From: Paraspadella gotoi
Taxonomy: Eukaryota > Animalia > Chaetognatha
Assembly (NCBI GenBank): GCA_051294375.1
Contig: JBJCIZ010001598.1
Coordinates: forward strand, 1-9,131
DNA: 9,131 nt
Direction: 5' to 3'
The notes under the pieces were generated by a model. That model was not told where the DNA came from. It made no database searches and was given only the letters and a program-made list of their open reading frames with translations. The translations under genes were made by a program, and so were the position numbers. Of the stretch, positions 1 through 9,000 are shown in pieces. The first letter of the stretch is position 1. Every line of letters begins with the position of its first letter.

Positions 1-300
1 CTTCTTTCTCTTCCTCTTTCTTTTCTTTCCTTCTCTTCTTTATCTTGTCCTCCTTTATCTTTGCCATCGCTTTTGGAGACTTCCTTTCTTTCTTTTATTT
101 TCTGGGTATTGTTTTTTCTTTTCATTCTTTTTTCGCAATTTTTGAAGTCTATTTCCCACTTTTTTTTTTTCTCTTTTGCTCCTGATGTTGTTTCCAATAA
201 TTTTTTTTCTTTCTACTTAATCTTTCTTACGAACTCCTCTCTTTCTTTCGTCTCCTTTTCTTCTCTTTTTTTTTTCTCAAACTTTTTATACTTTCTTGCA
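1..300. repeat. Pyrimidine-rich (T/C) low-complexity tract
   Basis: Mostly T and C with several T runs. The overlapping ORF 61..381 is F/S/L-rich, as expected from this composition. Confidence 0.9.
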
Positions 301-499
301 ATCACTTCCAGTAGGTCACTGTTTGGGTGTCCACCCATTGGTTCTGCTCAATTCCGCGCCTATAGGCGATGGCTCAGCTAAGACTGTGCCCCAGTAAAAC
401 TGGGCTTTTCCGTTGTGATAAAAGCGGGATTTATTATGGGCCGAGTATGTAGTAAGAATAGAAAATTATGGAGAACAGAAGTCATATAATTGTGCTAGT

Positions 500-830
500 A
501 TAAAAAATTAGAGGAATAGATAAGAGATAAGAGTGAATAGGCGAGAGGAGGAGCGAGATAGAAGATGAGAATATAATAGAGGAGGAGAGAGAGAATGAGC
601 AGATGAAGAGAGATGTACGATGACGAGAGACGCAAGTGAGAAGAGAGGAGAGAGATGAGAGAGAGAGAGAGAGATGAGTGAGCAAGAGAATTGAGAGAAA
701 GATACAAATAAAGCGAAAATATAGACAGAATCAAGGTGAACATATAGCGGCGAAACGGAGAGAGAGAGAGACTAACGGAAAAAAAACAAAACTATTTCCT
801 TTCAAGAGGATCAAAGTAAAAAAAAAGCAA
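500..830. repeat. Purine-rich GA low-complexity tract containing (GA)9 at 657-674 and (GA)7 at 758-771
   Basis: Read directly from the sequence. The reverse-strand ORFs 482..685 and 495..743 are L/S-rich artefacts of it. Confidence 0.9.
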
Positions 831-848
831 AAATCGGATTAATGAATC

Positions 849-1103
849 TCAAAAGCGCAAAGCAGATTCGTTATGGTGTTTAAGTGGTATTTTTCTTGCC
901 AGACATTTGAGGACATTCAGCCTCTCAGACACAGAAAGGCTCTTCGCTAACCGTTTCTGTAATTGACTATAAAGTATAGCCATCCCTTTAGCATAGGGGG
1001 TTTGTACAACCCTGTAAGCCCTCACTGTTTGTTCAATACCGGTCAGAGAAGAGATTACAAATAGTTGGAGAGAGCGAGAATAAGATTCGTTTTTTCCGTG
1101 CAT
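849..1103 (-). CDS. Possible coding fragment or exon, 84 aa, unknown function
   Basis: The ORF spans a non-repetitive island, and its residue composition is balanced and protein-like (LFVISSLTGIEQTVRAYRVVQTPYAKGMAILYSQLQKRL...). I recognise no motif, so it may be a chance ORF. Confidence 0.15.
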   Translation of the reverse strand: MHGKNESYSRSLQLFVISSLTGIEQTVRAYRVVQTPYAKGMAILYSQLQKRLAKSLSVSERLNVLKCLARKIPLKHHNESALRF

Positions 1104-1463
1104 TTGGCAAAAATATTGCGACGTGATATGGACCGCGCGACCTATGATAATAGGTGATAGAAGGTGAAGGAGCGAGATCGGAGGGACACAGATGTGGCGC
1201 GCGCGCGTTTCCCTGTGTGATGGTATGGCGATGTAAGGTGCGCGCAGATCACTGTGTCGCGCACATTATTGACTATATGTTGTTCTAATTGTGTGGATAG
1301 CTGCGTCTGCCGGTACTCACTAGCTTGACCGAATTAGAGCGTGTGGTCGCGCATTGTCGGACAGATCAGATGAGGGCGGTGAGAGTATGAGCCGATCAGA
1401 ACTGCGGCGTGATGACGGACGCGGTCAGTGCTGGAGAGATATGGTGGTTGCAATGACAAGAAA

Positions 1464-1493
1464 TTTTTTTTTTTTTTTTTTGGGTTTTTTTTT
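1464..1493. repeat. Poly-T tract (T18-GGG-T9)
   Basis: Read directly from the sequence. Confidence 0.95.
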
Positions 1494-1589
1494 GATTTCT
1501 TAAACGCGTCGTGTATGGATTGTTTACTTCGTGAAGGTACTAAATTATATCACCGCAATGGGTTTATAACACTCTTTGGTTGGACGGGA

Positions 1590-1650
1590 CAAAAGAAAGA
1601 CAACGAAAAAAAGAACGAAGAAAAAAAAAAAAAAGCTAAAAAAGGGAAAA
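1590..1650. repeat. A-rich tract including A14 at 1621-1634
   Basis: Read directly from the sequence. Confidence 0.9.
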
Positions 1651-2585
1651 GGAGCTATAAGAGACAGTCATTTTTTGTATTTGCAAAATTAAACTGCTTG
1701 CACACTCTTGGCATCTTGACGCTAGTGGTGCTAGTTATCGTCGTGGCGCTGCGCGACGAATACAGCGCAGACATCTCTACCTTCTTACAGCCGTGTAATG
1801 TGTTCACTTTCACCTCGGGTCGCTAGCGGGCCTGGTCTCTCTGGAGGACGTATTGTCTGTGACGCGATTTCTTAGTTCATGATCTCTGTCTAAGAGAGCT
1901 GTGGTGGCAATTTTTGTAAAATGATTAAAAAAAAAAACTAAATTCATACGTTTAAAATACGGTAAAGACTTAATTTAGATTGTTAAGTTGTACAATGAGT
2001 TAAACTCAAACGCCGTGGCGCCCGATGCATCTATAAATAAGCTGGGAAGCAATCCGAATCCATCTCCGCGTAATACAACTTCAACGCCATCGATTCCCGC
2101 CAAAACGCACAATTGCAAATCAAGCGCTCATTTTAAAAATCAAAAAAGGCTCGCGCCTCCGTTCCGAGACGTCCCGCAGAGACCCTAGCAGACCGGCTAA
2201 TACGCTGTCCCTTCGGCCTTCTGTGGTAAAACCACGTCACGCCCCCTAAGATCTGCAAGTCCACGGGCGCCCCTTCACAGAAAAAACTCGAGCCCACGCC
2301 CCCTCAGCGCCCACTCTTCGTTGGAGACCCTTAACGGGTCGCACCCGACAAATCGATTGAAAATGCCCGATATGCGGCAACCTGCATGGGGATGCGCGGC
2401 GTGCAAACGGCGCGCGCTCCTACCACTTTGAGCCGTTTGAGGTTCGATGGGAGGGAGGAATTCCATCGGCGGAGAGGAGGTGAGGTGGGGAGCGGTAAGG
2501 GTGGAGATGGGCGAGGGGGGTTCAATCTCGAAGGTAGGAGTAGAGTGGACTGGTTTGGGTTTGTTTTTTTAATTCATGACGGCTA

Positions 2586-2620
2586 GGGCGAGGGGAAGGA
2601 GGGGGTGAGGGAAAGAGGGG
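2586..2620 (+). other. Canonical G-quadruplex-forming motif
   Basis: GGG-cga-GGGG-aagga-GGGGG-tga-GGG-aaaga-GGGG. Five G-runs with 3-5 nt loops fit the G3+N1-7 pattern. The motif is certain; folding is untested. Confidence 0.65.
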
Positions 2621-3026
2621 AAGAGAGAGACGCGTGGAAGACAAGTTGTTTGGAGAAAAGCGAAGAAGGTGGAGAAAAAGAATGCGATTACGATTTTTTA
2701 AAAAAAAAATATATATTTGAAATGAATTTGTTAGGGAATTGAAACTTTCGTGGAGAAAAAAAAAAAAGGTTTTAAATGGAAAACAGAACTAAAAAAAAAA
2801 AATCCTGGGGCGCTTTTTGTTGGGTGAACCAGAGAAGGGCGGGAGTAGAGGAGAGAAAGGATAAATTCCCCCTCCCCACCCTTCTGGGGCCTTTTTGGGG
2901 TCCACAATTTGAGAACTCAGTATAATGAATTTAAAACAGAAACGTAGTTCGTACGAAAGGGAAATTTTCTCAATATTGGGGCTCACATGAAACGTTAATA
3001 AAGTGCATTGTCTACCGGATAATTTT

Positions 3027-3153
3027 AAAAAAAAAAACAAAAAAAAAAAAAAACGCTAAGAACAAAAAAAGAGAAGCCAAAAAAAGTTCGATCAACGACG
3101 GTTAGTAGAGGTGGAAAAAAAAGAAAAAAAAAAAAGGAAAAAAAAAACAAAAA
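3027..3153. repeat. Interrupted poly-A / A-rich tract
   Basis: A11-C-A15 at 3027-3053, followed by several more A runs. Confidence 0.9.
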
Positions 3154-3229
3154 TGATATTTTACTTTTTAAAAGTTTCTATCATTGGAAAAAAATATTTT
3201 TAATTTCGAGTTAATCGTGTAAACGTCGT

Positions 3230-3423
3230 TCGTCTTCTCCTCTGTTCCTCTCGAGAATAGGCTCATCCCTCCCTTCGGTCTCTCTGCTGCTCTCCCTCTC
3301 TCTCTCTGCTCTCTCAATCGTCCCCCGATACTCGTCTCTTCCATCGTCTCCTGATTCTCTCTCAAATCTCTAGGTATCTCCTCTCTCTCTCTCTCTACTC
3401 ACTTCATCTCTCTCTCGCCACTC
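3230..3423. repeat. Degenerate CT microsatellite with (CT)8 at 3381-3396
   Basis: Read directly from the sequence. Confidence 0.9.
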
Positions 3424-3559
3424 TATGGCCGTTCAACGTTCTGGTCATTTTCAATTCGCTTTGCTTTTCGTTTTTGGCTTTTGCATTTATGGCGCGTTTT
3501 TTCTGGTTGTCCACGATTTTTCCTTCTTCCCAAGACAATAAAATTGGATTCTGATCGTG

Positions 3560-4380
3560 TAGGATGCATGACGACGCGATGGAGAGGCGACGTCGCGGAA
3601 GCCAGTCGAGCTGTTGACTGGCAAAGGTCGCTTCCAACGACGAGCGACGACCGACGACGCGCCGCGACGCGACGAAGGACGACAGACATGTGGAAGTCGT
3701 CCCCTCGAAGAGAGGTAATGTTCGCAGTTGTGTAGCGCGCCTTTTCCATACGCGGCGGGCACGCGTCCGTACACGGCGTCCCTCAGGCGCCGCGCCGGAT
3801 GTCGGGGGTGACGCGGAACGAAGGGACGCTGATGCCGCTTCCGGTTTAAGGCGGCGCTCTGATGTGTTCGTCGATTGTCTTCATTGTCGTAATCGCCGTC
3901 TTGCGAGCTGTGGCGCGGTTGCTGGCCGTCTTGGGAGAATCTGTTTGCTGTCGTTTCCGTCAGTCGTGATTGACAAGAAAAGCGATCGGCCGAGCTATGC
4001 CTCATTCGTCGTCCGTGCCGTCAGGGCGGTCGGCGAGCGCGCGGAGCATTTATCTTCCGGGCTTACGCCCTGCAGCCGCTGCCCAGCGATGCAGTGACGC
4101 AGCGGATTTTCGTTGGCTTTTTTGAGTCGACGCCTTGACCTCCGTCGGGAGGGGGAACGAGGGTGGCGATGCTGCTGGCAGCGGTCGGGCCGCTGCGTCG
4201 TCCGTCAATTATGAACGCCCACGCTGGCTGTTGCCGTAGTCTCGATTCGGATCGAAATCCCGAGACGAGAGTCGCGAGAGAGGGCGTCGCGAGGAGGGAC
4301 GTTGCCTCGCCGAGGCAAGGCGTTCGCTCGAAGTCGGCCGATGTGCGGAAATGGCGGGAAAGCGCCATGGCGGGGAAAAA
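3560..4380. other. GC/CpG-rich island
   Basis: Dense CG dinucleotides and CGA/TCG triplets between AT-rich or pyrimidine-rich flanks. Overlapping Arg-rich ORFs on both strands are typical of stop-poor DNA. Confidence 0.7.
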
Positions 4381-4795
4381 ATTTTCGCTAACTTTCGTAT
4401 ACGTTTTGCTAGAAGTAATGGCCTGCGTCAAAAATAGTAGTGGGAAGCGGTTAAATTTCTGGACGGCTTTTCGTTTGAGATCGAGTAACTTCCGGTGAAA
4501 TTAAATTAATCGTTTTTCAGCAAATGAGCGAGTTTTGGCATCAGTTTAAGCAAGGAATTCATCCGTTTCCCTTCTTCTTTTTCCGCCTCATTCTGATAAT
4601 TTTAGTGTCGTTTTGGAGAGAGTGAGGACGAAGAGCAGAAGGTTAGAGATCGGCAGCAAGGGGCTATGTGATCATCTGACTCTGAGAATTAGATGGAATT
4701 TGGATACATAAATTATATACAAGAAATCAGATGAAATAATATTAAATATATATTTTTTAAAACGAAAATGAAAAGTTTTTCGATCACCCCCACTG

Positions 4796-4820
4796 TTTTT
4801 TGTTTTTTTTTTTTTTTTTT
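4796..4820. repeat. Poly-T tract (T6-G-T18)
   Basis: Read directly from the sequence. Confidence 0.95.
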
Positions 4821-5066
4821 ATTTGTTACTTGTCGATAGAGACAAAAAAAAAGAGGCAATGAATCAGTATAAAAATTAATCACCAGCATCGAAAAAAAAA
4901 ATCTGTTTACGATTTTACATAACGACCGTCTTCTCTTATTCATGTCTCCTTAAAACTTCAGGGCAAACAATTCACTAACTTTTTGCCTCTCAGAAATATT
5001 TTTCTTCGAGCAAAAGAAGAAAAAAGACTTTCTCCGATAACTTTAACGCCAAATATTTCACAGTAG

Positions 5067-5087
5067 CATTTTTCCGCGGGAAAAATG
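5067..5087. repeat. Perfect 9-bp inverted repeat with 3-nt spacer
   Basis: CATTTTTCC-gcg-GGAAAAATG. The arms are exact reverse complements. Confidence 0.85.
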
Positions 5088-5396
5088 ATTAGCCGAACTT
5101 TTGGCCTGAAGATAATCGACCGGTATGGTTCATTAATAAATGGGATTTTACGAATTGGGACGAACGTTGGAGAAAATATAAGAGACGATCGATGTTATAG
5201 GTCGATTAGATGAATCAGGAAATCCTCTTTAATATTTTCGTTTGATGTCAAAAAAAACACGAACGAGAAACGACGATGACGGACGAAGTCGCAGGATAAA
5301 AAAAAGAAGTTAAAATAAAAATTTTTTTTTTCGGTGTTTTCGTTAATTCGTGTCCACGTACGGTCCACGTCGGAGAGATAAAAAAATCGCATTTCG

Positions 5397-5523
5397 AAAA
5401 AAAAACAAAACCAAACAAAATAAAACGAACCAAAAAGTTTAAGTCGAGTGATAACGGATTGATAACGGCTATTATACAGTAAAAACAACAAAGACAAACT
5501 GAAACAAAAACAAAACTAAAAAA
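5397..5523. repeat. A-rich low-complexity tract with CAAAA-like units
   Basis: Repeated CAAA/CAAAA units at about 5397-5436 and 5481-5523. Confidence 0.75.
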
Positions 5524-5649
5524 TGAGCGAGGAAGGACGACTACGTTTAGCCGCGCACCTTCGCGAAGCTACGAAAGAAACAAAGGGCGAAGCACGAAGA
5601 TGACGACGACGAATGAGAGCAACGCGTGAGTCGCCGCAGAAACGGTTAG

Positions 5650-5704
5650 GGTGCCGAGGCAAGGGGGAGACCGGCATGACACGTGTTTGAGGTGTCTCGG
5701 CACC
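5650..5704 (+). repeat. Inverted repeat / stem-loop
   Basis: GGTGCCGAG (5650-5658) pairs perfectly with CTCGGCACC (5696-5704). The stem extends to 12 bp with one G-U pair. Confidence 0.75.
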
Positions 5705-8161
5705 GCCGTGTCTCTTCCTTTATTTCGTCGTCGAATCGACCATTCACAGATTTCGCTAGCTCACATGAGATACTTACGAGATGGCGAGATATTTTCGAGA
5801 CGCTACTGGCATAACACGACAGTAACGGTAAACGATATTAGCTTTGGTTCAACGGGAGATCTCGGGTTGATCTGCAACCCAACCTTTTCGCAAATCTTGA
5901 CAAACTAGAAACGACCTCGCGGACTGGAAAGCATCTTTGCGCTAGCACCCGCCAACGTCTACCGGGGAGAGGAGTGGTTAGAGCTTGCATCCGTCTCCTT
6001 TGTCCAGCATTTGCAGTGCTTCCCATTCTTCGTTCACTATCCCTCATCCACCTTCGTTCGCAGAAATGCGCAGGGGATGGGAGAATGAGCCGTCCGTGTC
6101 ATGGTGTGGCGGGCCGGCACGCCACGACGAACTGGGAGTCATTGGGATTGATTCAGTTGGATTAGCCTCCGCCGTTTGATTAACGAAGGGCGTGTTGCAC
6201 GTTCCGCGTAGACGGATTGGGAATGAGTTGGGTAAAGGATTGCGCGGCTTTTATTCTCATTTGAGATATAAGAATATTATCTGTATAATAACTAATTAAG
6301 GGAATAATGTTACAATAATTTATTTTCCCCACTTCCAGCACGAAGGACCGCCTCCATGGTACGCCATCCTGGACACGACTGCGCTATGGTCCCTCAAAAA
6401 TCCACAACATACGTGAACTTCGTGCTGGAAGTGTCTGCGCCAAGGTTCCTTCTTCTCTACGTCGTCATCGTCGCGCTCACGCGGACGGCGGACTGGCGTC
6501 CCTATCGTAATCTATCGCCGCCAGCCACTTCCGTTCTCGGCGCAGCCTAACGGCTTCGTCGAGCGGTTTTGGCGGCGTTTAGAAAGGGCTTGCTTATTCC
6601 AACGGCTTTTTGTGCGAATGGCCCCATATTTTAAACCCACAGATGACGACTGCCTGGCGTTCCCGCCAACGCCGCCCGACACGTTCGCCGATAATCGACT
6701 CTCCCTCGGGCGCCGCGTGGTTTGACGTGCAGACCGAACCACGTCCAACGGTAGCGCTTAGCTGGTGCCGGAGGCCGCGCGCTCTTTTCACCACAGCGGG
6801 TGCGAAAGAAACGACGCACTTTTCGCGTCGGAACTTCGGCAGCGCTTGCTCGTTTTCGGGTGGGGGCTGCGGCGTCTTTTTTCGCGGAGAATAGGTTTCA
6901 TGTGTGATGCGACCCTAGCGGGGGTGAACGATGAGATCGGAGCGCTGGTCTGGTTGACTAGTGTGACCTAGGCGCCGAAAAAAAAATGGCGTGTGCTTCG
7001 TATCCAGCGACGAATTCCCGTCTCCTGTCTGTCCATTTTTATTCCGACGTCGGTTTTTTTCGTCGCGTCTCTGTCGTCGTCGTCGTTTTCTGGTGGAACG
7101 GGCGGATCCCGGAAACCGGTGAAGGCAGAGCAATCGCCCCGGATCATGCCCGGCTTTAACGCCACGTGACGCACGACGCCAGACACAGAAGAGATTAACG
7201 GTCTTCTTTTTTCGCGCCTTCCCAATTTCCCGAGCGTCGTCGCCGAGAGTACCGCACTCGCCAAATCGTTCTCGGCTCGTCGCCGCCTGAGTTCTGAGAA
7301 GCGTTACTTACTTCTGGACGCCACGAAAGAGCAGTCCCGATGCGACGCCAGTCGAAGCCGGAGACGCAATGGAAGGAAGAGGACGCGTCGCAGGCGCGGC
7401 AGACGGTCAGTGAAACCGCGGCGAACTCTGGCGCCGATCGCAGCGGAGGCGACAACGGGCCGTCGTTTTGAGACCTTCAGAACGCGAAAGAGGCGGAAAG
7501 AAGTGGTACAGAACCCGTTCCGGGAGATGCCGGAGTTAGAATTAGACCGGCAACTGCGCCGGAGCCCGATTGGATTAGATGGTATCCACATCGCTGTCGA
7601 CGACATCAAATTACAGCGAAATGCGGGCTGAACGGAAGATGCGGACGGCCAAAAAGGAAGTCCTTTAATTTCTCGATGTGGCTGATGGTATAAGCTTTTT
7701 CGGGGTTATATATATTTAAAATTACTTTGATGAAAACTGGTATATACTTTGACATAACCTAACTTATGGATCGGAAGGATAAAAGTAGGGGGAGTAAGAA
7801 AAAAGATTTTAATATAGTATTTTCTTCAAAGCAATCGTTTTTTAAAAACACTGAAATGTAATTTAGAAAATATTGCCATAATTTAGAGCCTTGTATTGGA
7901 ACAGTGCGCCCGAAAGGCACATTTTCTGGCTCTCTTCAAAAATTTGGAAAAAAAAGAAAAAAAAAAAGTTTTAAAATAATCAGTTTCGAATGCCCCAAAT
8001 AATTTTTTATTTATCAATGACGGACGGCACGAGCGAAATGGAATTCGATTTTTTTTGGTGAGAACTCGAAGACTGAGGTCGATTCGAAGGTAAGTCAAAA
8101 CTCGCGCCGCCTACAAGGAAGTTGAGGGTAAGTTTATCTCGATCGACGACCTCGAAACAGT

Positions 8162-8257
8162 TCAGGCTTCGGCGACGACGACGATGATGAGAACATCGAT
8201 GAGAAGGACGACATTAACGACGACGACGACGACGACGAAAACGAAATTAATTTTTAG
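8162..8257 (+). CDS. Possible acidic (Asp/Glu-rich) terminal exon fragment
   Basis: One frame reads SGFGDDDDDENIDEKDDINDDDDDDENEINF* (TAG at 8255-8257). GTAAGT donor consensus occurs at 8090 and 8128, and CAG acceptor candidates end at 8160 and 8165. It could simply be a trinucleotide microsatellite. Confidence 0.2.
   Translation, partial: SGFGDDDDDENIDEKDDINDDDDDDENEINF
8218..8238. repeat. (CGA)7 microsatellite, with (CGA)4(TGA)2 nearby at 8173-8190
   Basis: Read directly from the sequence. Confidence 0.95.
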
Positions 8258-8859
8258 TTCATTCGATAAAACGAAAAGAAAACTTTAAATTTTGTTGGAG
8301 ACAAAGAGAAAGAAGCGAAAACGAGTTTGAGACAGATGAAGCGATCCGCATCGTCGAAGGGAAGGTCTCCGCCGATCATCGGGTGGAACGAAACAAAAAA
8401 AATATATCCGGTGGAACCCGGACGAGTTGGTAGACCACGCCGACGTGGACGACTAAGAGGATCGGGACTTTTGCGCGGGCGAAGGCTGAGGAGCTTTTTC
8501 ACTTTACCAGTAGGCTTTAAACTAGAGTCTCTCCCGTCAGGTATTTGAGGATGATTAAAGAATATTAGGTGACTACAAAACAGACATTTTTAAAAACAAG
8601 AAAGAAAAGACTTGGGGGGAAAAAAAAACCCCAATCAATTTCAATGCGATTAATTAGTTCCACTTCGAAAACATTCTTCTTCAGTACAAGTTGTATTTTT
8701 CTGTTGTTTTTTTTTATCTCACGTTCTAAGTTGAGTTTATGCAAATCAGTTTTTGGGTTGAAGATAAGAAAAAATTTGAAAAAAAAAGTTGGTCTCGATC
8801 GAAAGAGAAATTGACGATTCGTTTTAAGTCGAACGATAATTGAGGAAACAAAAAGACAT

Positions 8860-9000
8860 CGAAGGGAACAAAGAGAGAAAAGGTGATTCACGGATTAAGA
8901 AGGAATCGAAACAATGGAAGCGGACGCCAGGAGGAGAATGAAAGAAGAAAGAAAGAGAAAGAAGAATAAAACATTACAGACGGAGAAAAAAGTGGAAGAT
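8860..9000. repeat. Purine-rich (A/G) low-complexity tract
   Basis: Dominated by GAAA/AAGA units. Confidence 0.7.

Noticed and set aside
61-743. ORFs 61..381, 482..685 and 495..743 resembling membrane proteins
   Set aside because: The F/L/S richness is the direct translation of T/C and GA low-complexity tracts.
1409-1415. GTGATGA, a box C motif of a C/D snoRNA
   Set aside because: I found no box D (CTGA) with a terminal stem at a suitable distance downstream.
1428-1826. 132-aa ORF
   Set aside because: It runs through poly-T (poly-Phe) and poly-A (poly-Lys) homopolymers and has no recognisable domain.
2386-2586. RGG-box-like peptide (RRRGGEVGSGKGGDGRGG)
   Set aside because: It is explained by the G-rich DNA and lacks any accompanying RNA-binding domain.
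3404-4498. Cluster of overlapping ORFs, including the longest (3487..4005, 172 aa)
   Set aside because: Several frames on both strands are open and Arg/Ser/Ala-rich, typical of stop-poor GC-rich DNA. I recognise no motif.
5106-5140. Hammerhead ribozyme core CTGAAGA followed by a weak hairpin
   Set aside because: The required GAAA after stem II is absent (it reads ATAAA), and no stem I/III arrangement was evident.
6512-7455. Many short overlapping ORFs in the GC-rich block
   Set aside because: All are under 100 aa, Arg-rich and overlap on both strands, with no recognisable family.
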